Below are positions 11,053 through 22,763 of a DNA stretch of 52,664 nucleotides, piece by piece. Position 1 is the stretch's first letter. Each line of letters begins with the position of its first letter. Under the pieces are notes generated by a model. It ran no database searches and was not told the DNA's origin. It saw nothing but the letters and a program-made list of their open reading frames with translations. Origin of the DNA: Caecitellus pseudoparvulus (Eukaryota; Protista; Bigyra: Bicosoecida); the NCBI GenBank assembly GCA_965644315.1, contig CBFFRQ010000011.1, positions 1-52,664 on the forward strand, in the 5' to 3' direction. A program made the position numbers and the translations under genes.

Positions 11053-11315
11053 AGGCTTCTGCGCAAGAGGAGCGCACACGGATGTCTGGCAGCCCCGCCC
11101 AAACAGACCAGCACACACTCTCACGCACTGACAAGCGTGCGAGCGCCTTGACCGCCTCGGCTGCAGGATGGAAGCGCCAAGCGCCCTGGAGCCCCTGAAG
11201 CAGAACCTGGAGCTGCCTCTGCACCTGAGGCGGCACTTCGGCCCACCAATGCAAGCTCTGAAGAGCGTGCAAGAGATCTTCATGTCCAGCGGCTGCCTGT
11301 CCTGATGACTCCGAT
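7906..11315 (-). CDS. Crinkler/RHS (CR)-type effector, copy 1: helical N-terminal region + P-loop NTPase + C-terminal restriction-endonuclease fold; 5' end unresolved
   Basis: Walker A GPHGIGKS (about 10100-10124), Walker B LVMDE, and C-terminal PNNFPALDFIIV...VVFVEAS motif. Main exon 7906-11058. A GTGCGT...GCAG intron at 11059-11128 joins it in frame to an upstream exon 11129-11315 (…LQSLHWWAEVPPQVQRQLQVLLQGLQ…ALARLS). Confidence 0.75.
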
Positions 11316-12751
11316 CTGCAGGCTGGGAGTGAGCTGAGCGCGTGTGCTTGCCCTCCCAGCTGGTCAAACTGCTGGGAGCGCACTGAAACGCCAAAATCCG
11401 CACGCAGCCACATGCCCGCCCCCACAGCCCTGCGCGCCGCACCCACTGTCCTTATTGGCACAGCTTGGTAAAGCAGTAGCCTTGGTGAAAGCATTGTGCT
11501 TTTCGATGCTCACGATTGCGTCCCAGAGTGTGTCAGGGGATGCTGCTGACTCTGCCAGTGCAGATTGCAGTCACCTCAAAGGATAGTTTGACGAATCTGA
11601 CAGGGCAGTCAAGGCTGCACGATTGTTGAACTGAACTTTGGAAAGCATCTCCCTCAAGCTGTAGAATTGCCCCCACCCACGTATTGTGGTCTTCAGTTGA
11701 AGATTGGCAGCGATCTATTGTGGTGAGTTGTGGAAGTACCAGGCGTGGATTTCTCTGGCCTGAATACGATCTCAGGTTTTTGCGAGCTATTTCTGCACAA
11801 CCCCGCACCAATTCAAGCAGCCTCTCACTCCCAGAAGTGCACTGGCAGTGAGCAGCCAAATCCACAGTCCTTGCCTTCGCAACGGGTCTGCGCTGGCTGT
11901 ACTGCCGAGCACACGCACCATGCCCCTTGAAAGCTGCGCTTGGGACAGCGCCTGTGGCTCTAGCAGGCTTGTGGCACTCGCACGCTTGCCTGATGCAATC
12001 ACGCGCGGACTGGGCACTTGAGTCTTTACCCCGCTGCTCCGCTCGGCAACCAGGCTGAGCAAGAGTGCACACCTGCACCATCATGAGAGGCACAACCGTC
12101 ACGATCACATGGTCGTGAAGACCACTTGCATGGCAATGAAGTGTCTGAAAATGTCAGGCAGCCCCGACACCTGGGTGGAGGATGCCCAAGACAAAAAGCG
12201 AGACACCATCAAAGGAGGCGCTCGTACACCTTGATGAGTCGCCCCCAGCACAATCACAGATATGAGCTGCTGTAACTTCAAACGCTAGCCCTCCACATTG
12301 CTAGGCCAAGACAGAGGAACGAGCTTGGCCCGCTTCGTGGGCTGCATGTGCTGGGCTTGCACTCGGCAACACGGCCCAGCCGTGCACCACAGCGTGGCCC
12401 CATTGGACACCCTCAAGGCCCACCGTGACACTCCCCAAGCGTGTATCGAAGGAGCTCCCAGCTCCACCTCAGGGTGGCCGACACCGGAGCTGCAAGGAAC
12501 GCTATGCTCCGACAGGGCATGTGCCTGACACGCGATATGTGGCATGCAGCACAATGTCCGGGCGGAAAGGGGCTGAACCCACAGGTACCTCCCAGCAGCA
12601 GGGCGCAGCTTGCTGCAGCGCTGTGCACTGGAGAATGACTGGCATTGTGTCGGCTGGTGTGAAGGGGGCTTCATCCTGAACGGTGGACAATCACAAGCCG
12701 CTTGCCGCAAGGCCTGAGACATGCTGGGGGCAGCGCACATGAAAAGCGCAC

Positions 12752-15700
12752 CCTAAACATGTCTAAGTCCACCTCTCCTTTCAGCACTGGGGAGCCTTGC
12801 CCTGCCATGGAGAAGCAGCGGGAATGCTCAGCTGACATTGCGAGGCTGGCTTTGGCGAAGTGAAACCCGGGTCCACTGCGTTGCAGGGCGCTCTTGTGTG
12901 TGCAAGGGGTGGTGATGGAAGGATACAACAACAGCGTGTCGTACTCAGCCCAGTGGACACACGAAACAGTGATACATGACTAAGCTCCCTTGAAGCTTCC
13001 CAGTAGTTGCCAACAGAAAGCCAGGATTGCCCTGCTTCCCTTAGAAGAAACACTTGCCCCATTCTCGTCCGCTAAACTACAAATATTGCCATCCCGCACC
13101 TTTGGACCACCATGTGCTTCAGCAGCATGACCAATGTGGGCAGCACTTGTTCCGTCCACGCCTCAGCCTCGAGCGCCTTCACAGTGCCTGGCCTAGGTGC
13201 GGTATGCCCTCCACCTGCGCACAGTGCCCCTCCAAGCGCACTGCGCACCAAGGCCCGCCAATGGTCCCAGAAGTGTCATCAACTGGGCCATGGTTGCAGA
13301 AAGCTGGTTTGGCTTCGCCCTCCCCCATGCCACGCGCCTTGACCCTGGAATCACTGCAGCAGCGTGCCTAGCATGCCCTGTGCCGAGCGTGGGCGAGGTG
13401 GCCGGCGTGGAATGGAGGCTCCCAGGTCAGCTGCAGCCGCGACTCAAAACCGGTCAGCGTTGCAGCAGCAGCTCATTGGGATGTCCAGACACTCGCTGCT
13501 TGTACCTCTCGGCCTCACCCCACTCCAATGCTCGTGAAGCCTGCCCCGTTCAGATTCAACGGGTGGCCGCAAACCCATGTTCCTACTGCAGCCTGGATCC
13601 GGCAGCCTGAGAAGTGAACCCACCAGTGCAGCTCACATGCTCTTGAAATGACAGTCTATGTTCTGAACATCATCCTCAACGCCAGCCTGTGGCGAAGGCG
13701 TGGGTCGCCCCAGACAACATTCTCTGTCCCCTCTGCCACGATGCCCCGCCCCGCGAACCAAGTTAGAAGGGGGACTGCTTGAGATCCACACAGACCCACG
13801 AGCTCACGAGCGACCGCCATACATCTTCTCTGTCTGCCAGTCAATGAGCAGCTTCACCCTGGGCGTTCGCGTCCACACTTCGGCCATCACTCAAGGTAAG
13901 AAGCATGCGAATCACGCACAAGGAGGGGTTGGAGCAGGCCCACACGACGTCGAGTCCAGACTCGCCCATGTCTTCAGCTCACATGCTCAAAGTTTCAAGG
14001 CCTAGCAGAGAGAGCACCTCCCGCATCACCGCAACATGACCATTGTGGTGAACCCAGCAAGCATGCACGCCTCCAGTATGCTCACCAACCAGCCCAAGCT
14101 GCACGCAAACCAAACCCACATGGCCGTCATGGCATGCCCACACGAATCTTACCACAACCTCACCCACCATCACTTGCATGCATGTTCACAGCTCGGCCGC
14201 CCGAAGTGCGAGGCGCCCCTCGCCCACACGCCCAGCTGTACAAGCCAGCCTGAAGCAGCTTCACGCTCCGGAGCCATCCCTCGTGTGCATGCCAGCTGTC
14301 CGGCCACAAACGCGGCCCAACAGCCCCACCATCACGTCAGGGTGACCATGGCAGCTCGCCAGTCCGAAATCCAGCCTCACGCCCGTGGCGATCGGCTCAG
14401 TGCCCGTCCACCGCTCGCTCGTATTCACGACGGTGCCCACACTCCGCCCACAGCACCCACAGCACCCACGACGGCAGGCAGGGCGACATGCGCTCCACAC
14501 ATGCATAGCCCACACAGTGGCCTTGCACCCCCCGCTCGTCGTCCCCGTAGTCAGCGTGCGAATCAAGCCACCAGCGCCTTGCAGCGCATTGCCAGCGGCA
14601 ATCTCTTTCGAAAGCCACACAGCCCCAGAGGCAGCAACAAGCCTTGCACTATCACGCCCACACGTAGACCACGTATTGAGTAACGTTAGCTTGACAAATG
14701 GCACGCATGTGTTAGATAATGGCCGGTTTGTCTTGCCCTGAGTTTTATGCCTGCGGAACTTGCCTCACCACGCCATGGACTTGGAGCCTCGCACCAGCCC
14801 AGTCACACGGGTACGGTATGATTCATGCACAGCGCAAATTTCAAGCACATTGAAAATGACGCCTGTAATCACTGGAGGTTTTGTAGAGCGACGGCAAGGG
14901 TCCATATCAAGCACGGCCGACACTCATGCTACTCGGCTGGCTCGGTGATTCGTGCCTTTACGCCTTACCTGCCCACCACAACCTCCAGTCGCTCTCAGAG
15001 CAGCCTCTACAAAGTGTCCCTGCTCTCTTTCACGATGCCTGCGTCGGCAATGCTGCCTCCCTTCCAGGAATTCACAAAGAAGCAGACTGCAGCCGCAGGC
15101 CATGCCATTCTCTGGCTCCCGTGGTGACCTGCCGCGCGACTCAAGGCAGCTGGTGCCGAGGCGCCCGTGTTGGAAGGTCGTTCTCACTCACAACTTGCAT
15201 TCGTCACTTGCACCACCCACGCAGCTCAGCAGGCAGGTACGCGTCTCCAAACAGCCCCCACCAACCAGCAAAGTCCACGAAATGTGTATCAGACAGACGT
15301 GGCCCACCACTTGAGCTGACGTACACGTAATGCACGTCGATGTGGACGCCATCCGCAGTCACTTCCGGGCCGGGGCCACTGCCGACGTCGGCCAACAGCT
15401 GCTTCATCGTGCGCTCATCGTGGCCAGCCTTCTGCAACTCCTGCACAGTCCGCTGCTTGATGGTGAAACGGACCCTGCCCACACTCTTCCTGGGTCCGCT
15501 CTGCACAGCCTCGTCCCCAGTCTCTGTCCGAGCCTCACACACTAGCCTCACTGGCATGTCCATGCCGTGCAAGATGCAGTTGGCAATGGTGTGTTGCCCT
15601 TCCACCCTCGTTTTGGCCTGGTCCACCTGCAGCTTGCTCCCAGCCAGACCTGGCGTTGCACGGCTGCAGTTGACCATGAACGCCAAAATGTCCATGCAGT

Positions 15701-18347
15701 TGTTGTTGATGCTCGCACCGTCTGGCATGCCAAACTGCACCAACACCTTCTTGGAGACTGCGGCCTTGCCTTTGCCGTGCCTAGCCATGGAGCTTGTGCT
15801 CGCCTCGACGAACACCACCGAGAACCGCTGGGGCTTGCCCACGTCAGGTCCGCTTTCACCGTTGTCCTCATCAGCATCTCCTGCTCGGGACACAATGATA
15901 AAGTCCAATGCAGGGAAGTTGTTCGGAGTTCGGACCACGCGGCGCTCACCAGGGCGCATTTGCCTCCACTTCTGCAAGGCACCCAGGTCAAGGACTTGAC
16001 TCGCACCCTCCTCTGCAGCACGAAGCATGTCGTCGCTCCCCAAGGCCCATACGTTGAGGGGCATGGTGGACAAGTCCTGCGACCCCAGTGCGTGGACGGG
16101 CGGGACGTGCCGCGAGCTAGCCGACCCCAACGGGGTCATGCCTGTGCCAAGCAAGCCCAGCAGCAGGAGTGTGTGGATGCGCTTCTCGAAGTCGTCATTG
16201 ACAGGAAGCAGTGTAGCGGCCTCCAGAAACTTCGTAACTCCTTTGCGCACGTCAGGATCCGTGACCTTGGATTTCTCGAGCAACTCCCCAAGGGCCTTCA
16301 CCATGGCCACCAGTGCCACGGGGGATGACAGCCTTGCTGTCGTCAGCGTGGGCAACCTGGGGTCACGATGGTGGACCCGCTGGAGAATCGACGAAGTTGC
16401 AAGGCTGGCATAGAGGCTAGAGTGCTTGGCCGGGTCCGCCAGCATGTCTTCAAGGTCTGCTTCCTTGTCATCCCAGTACGCCACACACCGGCTCGCCATA
16501 TGCTCGACACACCCCATCAGCACACTCCGAACGTGCGCTTCAAATGCATCCGCATCTTCAAACACGGCATCAGGCGCGTCCTGCAGCAGCCAATGGATGC
16601 TGCGTGTGTTCCCTGCCACCAGTTTCACGTAGCCCTCCAGCGCGCGTGAGTAGGCAGCATCTTTCATCTTCTCCCGGTGCTTCTCTGGCATCTGCAAGCA
16701 CAAGTCCTTAGGGCTCTTGAAGCAGCTCTCGACCTCGGAGTCCTCCTTCAGCGACACACCACGCCCTGCACATTCGTACCCTGCAGTGCCCTTCAACAGT
16801 GCCAGTGCTGTGTCGGGCGGCACTTGCCGCATCTCAAACAAAGGGTGGTGGTTCTCAGCGCTTGTTGGCAGTTTGCGAACGTGTGCGTTCCAGTCAGGGG
16901 AGTATGCAAAGAGGTACTGGCCAGGCTGGAACCACGCCGTTGTGGAGTACCAGAAGCCCTCCACTGACGCTGTCTTGTTGGAAAACCAAGTCGGGTCAAA
17001 GTGATCCACATGGATCCGCTTCTCCAGCTGATTCACCTCATCCATGACCAGTGCGCTGAGACTGTCTGTCCTGAACAACGCCGTGGGGGACCCGAAGTGT
17101 CCCCGGATGCCACAGAACAGCTCCTTAGTACCCCGCAGCGCTGTGGCTGACCTCCCGATCTGCATCAAGGCACGAGACACGTCAGGCCATGACAATGCAG
17201 CCCCGCACGACAGGATCAAGCACGCCTGCATCGATCCGATCATGGTATCCTCCCATGCACTGTCGTCCAGCGCTGAGGCGTCAAACTTTGATGTGGCGTT
17301 GCCGGCACTTGGCAACACAGTGGTTGCGTCTGGGAAAAATGCAACATCGCCTCCTGCCCCGATGCTCACCACAGATGCAAGCAAGCGCAACGTTGCAGAC
17401 TTGCCAATGCCATGGGGCCCGCTCAGTGCAACCCCTCGGTCGGGAGCTTTCAGCGTCTGGGCGGCCTGCCGCATTGCCAGCAGCCTGTCTGGTGTCAGCA
17501 GGTGCGTCATGAACATGCAAGGCTTCAATCCAGCGTTGCTTCCGGCACCGCCGCCCCCCGCCTCTGAAGGCAGCATGGCACAGTCAAACCCCGGCATCAC
17601 AGTCTGCAACATCACGCCCTCTAAAACCGCCATATCAACTCGCGTCTTGTGTTGGGCGATTCGAACTGAGTACTGCTTGGATACGGGGTACCGCACCAAC
17701 ACGCCGCCAACCCTGCCTGCCTGGTCAAACACTGGCTTGCACCCCTCGCTCCACTCCAACGGGTCAAGTTCAAGCGGTGATTCCTCTTCGGCGGGGGCTT
17801 CAGAGTGCTTAGCCATAAACTTGGCCACAGACCAATCGTCGAAGGTGCCATCACGGAGACAATCCCCCAGCTCAAGCATCCACCCGAAGTTGTCCTTCAG
17901 CACTTTCAAGCTTGCATCATCAGCTACCCCAGTGTACGACGACGGCAAGGTATGCCGCCGAATCATCGCGGCCAGCTCCTGGCTCCGACCACTTGCCTTC
18001 AACATCCCACATCTGATGGGAATGCCGACGTTCTCAACTGAGCTCTTGCCCGCCCATGCCACGAATGTGTCGATCTCCTTTTGCAAGGCTTGGGCCTTCT
18101 CATATGCGCCCTTCAACCCAGAGGTAAAGGCTCGCACAGGCGGGAAAGGTTTCACGCCTGCCGTCTCCAAAAGTGTCCCATCTCGCAGCAGCCGCAGGAC
18201 ACGAGCAGGCTCTGCCCTGAGCAAGAACGCGAGCAGCTGGTACTGTTCATCTTGGTCTTCGTCCGATATCAGGGGTGTTATGTATGCGGACAAACAGCGG
18301 TCCATGATGCTACCCTGCAGCACGATCCTGACAGCTTGGGGATGTGG
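12752..18347. repeat. Segmental duplication, copy 2
   Basis: Direct repeat of 5454-11052; the ORF track is nearly identical at the same offset. Confidence 0.97.
13656..14628 (-). pseudogene. Decayed ankyrin-repeat gene, copy 2
   Basis: Duplicate of 6358-7330. Confidence 0.75.
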
Positions 18348-18640
18348 TGGCCCCTGCGACATGATTCAGTGGTTCCTTGCTGGAATCGCAGAGAAGTTCA
18401 TGCATGTTTGACACGCACCTCCAGTCTCTCCAAAGCAATCAATGCAGCCCCAACTGCATCTTGCTCCAGTGCGGAGTTTTGAAGGTCCATCAGCGCAATC
18501 TTCAATCGGGCCTGTCTGATTGGAGTGGCTGATTCCCACCAGGGCATTCTGCACAGTTTTTCTTCAACTGCTGAGTCCAAGGGTTCCATCTCTTCAATTG
18601 CTCCTGCGGAAAAATATTGGACGCGCAAGGCAGCGGTGCT
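15204..18640 (-). CDS. Crinkler/RHS (CR)-type effector, copy 2; 5' end unresolved
   Basis: Same NTPase and REase motifs. Main exon 15204-18353. A GTGCGT...CGCAG intron at 18354-18418 joins it in frame to an upstream exon (…LCRMPWWESATPIRQARLKIALMDLQ…ALERLE) that is open to about 18889. Confidence 0.75.
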
Positions 18641-20278
18641 TGGGATTGCGGTGGTTCGCTTTCTTGGCGGGAAGTCTTGCGTTTCCCAGCCCACGCCAAG
18701 CAGGTTTGGACGTGCAGAGCTCGTCAGGCGGCCAAGAGTCGAGGCTGTGGGCAACATGGCCTTCGTTCCCATCCATGCAATGCGTCTTGCTGAGGATGTG
18801 AGCATGCTGAGACAGGGTGCGGCTGCAGAAGGAGAGGGCTCAACTTGTGACTCCGAAACGCCGCCGCAACGCCCTGCTTGCGTTGACACGAAAGCGCTCT
18901 ATTCCGCAGGCTGTGAACGGCTGCAGTCATTGACGAGCTATGTACATGACAGTTCTTTTGTGCTCATGTTGTTGCCATTGGGCTGAGTGAATTGTGGGCT
19001 CTGTCAGAATGCGCTTCCGTATGGCAGTCAGCTGAGCAAAGCCATGTCTTCTTCCCTGCCTCTCAAAGAGCCTCTTACCCGAGGCATTGCTGTTTCCGGG
19101 ATGCTGCGTACCCTCCAACGTGCTGCTCTTGGGATTAAATCCCTTCTCATCAAACGCAACAAGCGCTGTATGCCGAGCGAAACCAGCATATGGCTTCTGT
19201 CCGCGTTTCATGGCACTTGGCGTTTCGCCTCCAATTCCGCAGGCGCACAGCATGCTGAGCTTCGAAAGAGCAGAGCAATTTGAAACCGAAATGCCTTGCT
19301 ACGAACCTGCGTCGAGAATGATGAGTGCACCTGTGTCTTGAAGGACGGAGCAGCCATTTGCCTCCCCATTCAAGCTGTATCTCCAGCGCTGCTGTCGAGA
19401 CATCTACTTGGGTTTTGCATTGTCAAGAAGTGATGCACTCTGTTCCCATCGCCAGAATTCCTGCTGCCAGGACCTAGAATCTACGCCACTCACCGGAAAT
19501 TAGCGTACTTTGCTTGATTGTTCGGGCTATCATCAGCTCCACAGGTGATGACTCCAAACTTGTTTCAAGCCAGTTGATGGACCCTCCCAGCCCCCAGCGC
19601 CCAGTGGGTGCTATTCCCTCGCACCATCGCAGGAATGGCGGAACACTCAACACCCTGATGCCTTCCAGGCGTCCACGGTAGCACCTGGCTCACTCAAGCC
19701 TTCGTCACCGCCAGAGCCATGGTGCAGGCCGGTGCGGCTACAGCCAGTCAGCTGCTTCAGGGGGCCGCCCCTTTCGGCGACGAGCTCATCCAGCAGTGCA
19801 CCAAGGATAAAGCAGCTCCTGAATGCTCCCCCTGAGGCCCCCTCGGACATGATCGTGCCTCCCAGCGCGGCCGCCTTGGCTGGCTCAGTGGGTTCAGAGC
19901 TGAGCATGCCTTTGGCGCCTTCTTCGAAACATGTGACTATGTGACTGCCTGAGACAACTGTCATGCTGCCCTACTTCGCGCTGATTCGGACTAGGCTTCG
20001 ACTCCATCAAAGTGAACGGGTGCTGATGGCCGTCCCTCACAACCCTGCTGAGCTGGGCGCCGCGCTGCCGCTGCGGGGTGGGTAAGGCTCCGTGGACGCT
20101 ACGCTGAGCAAAGCTCATGCTGCTTTCAGCCTTCAATCCAGCACATATCTTGCACGTCCAAAGCGCAGCCCGCTCAACTGGAACAGGAGGCAGCAAGCCA
20201 TGTTCAGTCTCTCTTGACAATCTGCTCCCAACAGCCAGGGAAGCACCCACACCAGTGTGGATTGCAGCCTCATGCAGA

Positions 20279-21418
20279 TTAAGACATTGCTCTGAGCAGC
20301 AGCACCATACTGCGTCCACGGCGTGTGCACGTGCCGTCCCACACAGCGTCCTTCGCTGCCTGCACCCCCATGTCCCCAGACTCACACCTCGCACCAAGCG
20401 GCACTGCCCGGTCTCCCACAAGCCCCAGCAACTCACGCATCACACCCTCATGACCTGCAGCACATGCAGCTCTGAAGGCGGCATCGCCACCCGCATGCAC
20501 GTCCACTGCTCGATCGCCAGTCAGGCTGAGCAGCTTGCGGACGACGCTGACGTGCCCATTGCGGCATGCCCACCTGAAGGCAGCTTCGGTTCCGTGTCTG
20601 TCCTTGGCGTGCACGTCCACAGTCCTCACTCCAGCCTGTGCTAGCAGCTCTTGCACTACAGGCAAGTGGCCATGGCGGCAGGCCCACCTGAAAGGAGCCT
20701 CTGGTCCATCCTCATCACCTGCACGCACATGCACCGCTCGGCAACCTTCCAGGGCAAGCAGTTCGCGCACCACGTCAAGGTGCCCGTGCCGGCATGCTTC
20801 TCGAAAGCCCGCTTCAGCGCCTCCCCACGCCTCTGCGTGCACGTCCACTGCTCGGTCACCCGTTAGCGCCAGAAGCTCCCGCACCACGCCGAGGTGGCCG
20901 TTGTGGCAAGCCCACCGGAAGCCGGCCTCCCTTGCACCCCAATCCCCTGCGTGCACATCGACAGACTGTTCTCCCTGCAGTGCAAGCAAATCACGCACTA
21001 TGGGAAGGTGCCCTCCTGCACACGCTGCCCGAAATCCAGCTTCAGCGCCAGTGCAGTCGGGCGCTCGCACGTCAGCAGTCCGGGAACCTCCCAGAGCCAA
21101 CAGGCGTCGAGCAATGGCGACGTGGCCATGGCGGCAGGCGGCGCGAAAGCCGGCCTCTGGCCCATCACCGTCTTCTGCGTGCACGTCCACGGCACAGGCC
21201 CCCGTGAGCTCCAGCAGGCTGTGCACCAGCTCATCGCTGCCACACTCGCAAGCGACGATAAATGCGCAGGTCGTTTCACTGCTTGTCAAGGCGCCAACGA
21301 CTCCACCACAGTGCGTACCGCCACCTTCTAGGAGCTCCTCAAGTGCATCGGTGTCTCTGGCTTCGCAAGCGGCCCTCCACGTCTGCAACTTGGCCGCACA
21401 GTCAGGATCACTTGCCAT
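20279..21418 (-). CDS. Intronless ankyrin-repeat protein 1 (about 379 aa)
   Basis: About 8 repeats of AVDVHAxDxxGxEAGFRxACxxGHxxVVRELLAL; ATG at 21418 (MASDPD). Confidence 0.9.
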   Translation of the reverse strand: MASDPDCAAKLQTWRAACEARDTDALEELLEGGGTHCGGVVGALTSSETTCAFIVACECGSDELVHSLLELTGACAVDVHAEDGDGPEAGFRAACRHGHVAIARRLLALGGSRTADVRAPDCTGAEAGFRAACAGGHLPIVRDLLALQGEQSVDVHAGDWGAREAGFRWACHNGHLGVVRELLALTGDRAVDVHAEAWGGAEAGFREACRHGHLDVVRELLALEGCRAVHVRAGDEDGPEAPFRWACRHGHLPVVQELLAQAGVRTVDVHAKDRHGTEAAFRWACRNGHVSVVRKLLSLTGDRAVDVHAGGDAAFRAACAAGHEGVMRELLGLVGDRAVPLGARCESGDMGVQAAKDAVWDGTCTRRGRSMVLLLRAMS

Positions 21419-21605
21419 CGCGTGTCGTCCAACTTCCGCTCTGGCAAGGGTAGGACAAGTGTTCACCTTGCTTCGGCGATTTCGAGCTGGTTGACCCCAC
21501 AATTTGGTGAAATGATATTATAACTGCTACAGGCGACTGCGTTTTCTGCGTCTGGTGTGTTCAGGCCGCAAGTCCTTGTCGCACGGCAAGCTGCGAAAGT
21601 GGCTC

Positions 21606-22763
21606 TCACACTTCCCTGGCCCTCTTGATGCACGACCTCCACAGCACGGCGACTCTCCTGCCTTGACGGGTTCGCGTGCCGTCCCAAACAGCGTCCTTCG
21701 CTGCCTGCGCCCCCATGTCCCCAGACTCACCCCTCGCACCAAGCGGCACTGCCCGGTCTCCCACAAGCCCCAGCAACTCACGCATCACAACCTCATGACC
21801 TGCAGCACATGCAGCTTTGAAGGCCGCATCGCCACCCGCATGCACGTCCACTGCTCGATCGCCAGTCAGGCAGAGCAGCTTGCGGACGACGCTGACGTGC
21901 CCGTTGCGGCATGCCCACCTGAAGCCAGCTTCAGGTCCGTTTCTGTCCTTGGCGTGTACATCCACAGCTCTCAACCCGGCCTGTGCCAGCAAAGCCCACA
22001 CGACAGGCAGATGACCATTGCGGCAGGCCCATCGGAAGGCAAAGTCGGGGCCCTCCTCATCCCCCGCGTGCACGTCCACGGTGCGCGAGCCTGTAAGCCT
22101 CAGCAAAGCCCACACGACCGTCAGGTGTCCATTGTGACACGCCCAGCGGAAGCCCGCTTCAGGTCCACGCGCATCCCACGCGTGCACACACACTGCCCGG
22201 TCGCCAGTCAAGCTCAGCAGCTCGCGCACGACCTCTTCGTGGCCATTGTAGCAGGCGAGTCGAAACGCAGCCTCGTGTCCGTCTGTGTCCCTGGCACTGG
22301 CATTCACGGTCCGGCCGCCTGATAAGGCAAGGAGCTCTTGCACCACTTCATGGTGGCCCATGCAGCACGCAAGGCGGAAGCCTGCTTCACTCCCACGCCC
22401 ATCCCCCGCATGCACATCCACCTCCCGGCTTCCTGTCAATGCGAGCAGCTCCTGGACCACAGCAACGTGCCCGTGGTAGCATGCCGCTTTGAAGCCGCCT
22501 TCAGCACACCCCATACGCTCTGCGTGCACGTTCACCGCTAGAGGCCCCTCAAGCGCAAGCAGCGCCCGGAGCAATCGCACGTGCCCAACCTTGCAAGCCA
22601 CGAGGAAGGCGTCGGTCGTGTCTGTGCCTGTTAGGGCTTCATTCAAGGCCCCAATGCTGGCCAGCCCTCCCCCAAGCAATGTGATTATAGCATCAGTGTC
22701 CTCTGATGCGCAGGCTGCCTTCCACGTGCTGGCTATGCTTCCCGCATCAACCGCACTGGCCAT
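21606..22763 (-). CDS. Intronless ankyrin-repeat protein 2 (about 385 aa)
   Basis: Same repeat consensus, N-cap (WKAAC) and C-cap; ATG at 22763 (MASAVD). Confidence 0.9.
   Translation of the reverse strand: MASAVDAGSIASTWKAACASEDTDAIITLLGGGLASIGALNEALTGTDTTDAFLVACKVGHVRLLRALLALEGPLAVNVHAERMGCAEGGFKAACYHGHVAVVQELLALTGSREVDVHAGDGRGSEAGFRLACCMGHHEVVQELLALSGGRTVNASARDTDGHEAAFRLACYNGHEEVVRELLSLTGDRAVCVHAWDARGPEAGFRWACHNGHLTVVWALLRLTGSRTVDVHAGDEEGPDFAFRWACRNGHLPVVWALLAQAGLRAVDVHAKDRNGPEAGFRWACRNGHVSVVRKLLCLTGDRAVDVHAGGDAAFKAACAAGHEVVMRELLGLVGDRAVPLGARGESGDMGAQAAKDAVWDGTRTRQGRRVAVLWRSCIKRAREV

Noticed and set aside
11300-11392. Hammerhead ribozyme (CTGATGA...GAAAC)
   Set aside because: No stem II closes between the core motifs. 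The region is better explained as an exon plus an intron with a CTCCCAGC/GCTGGGAG hairpin.
11059-11442. The N-terminal ~125 aa of the 1178-aa ORF as real protein
   Set aside because: It reads through a predicted intron, and the homologous header exon is in a different frame.
5454-18347. Duplication as an assembly artefact
   Set aside because: The copies have distinct SNPs, a frame-preserving divergent patch and different but protein-homologous upstream exons. Spanning reads would still be the definitive test.
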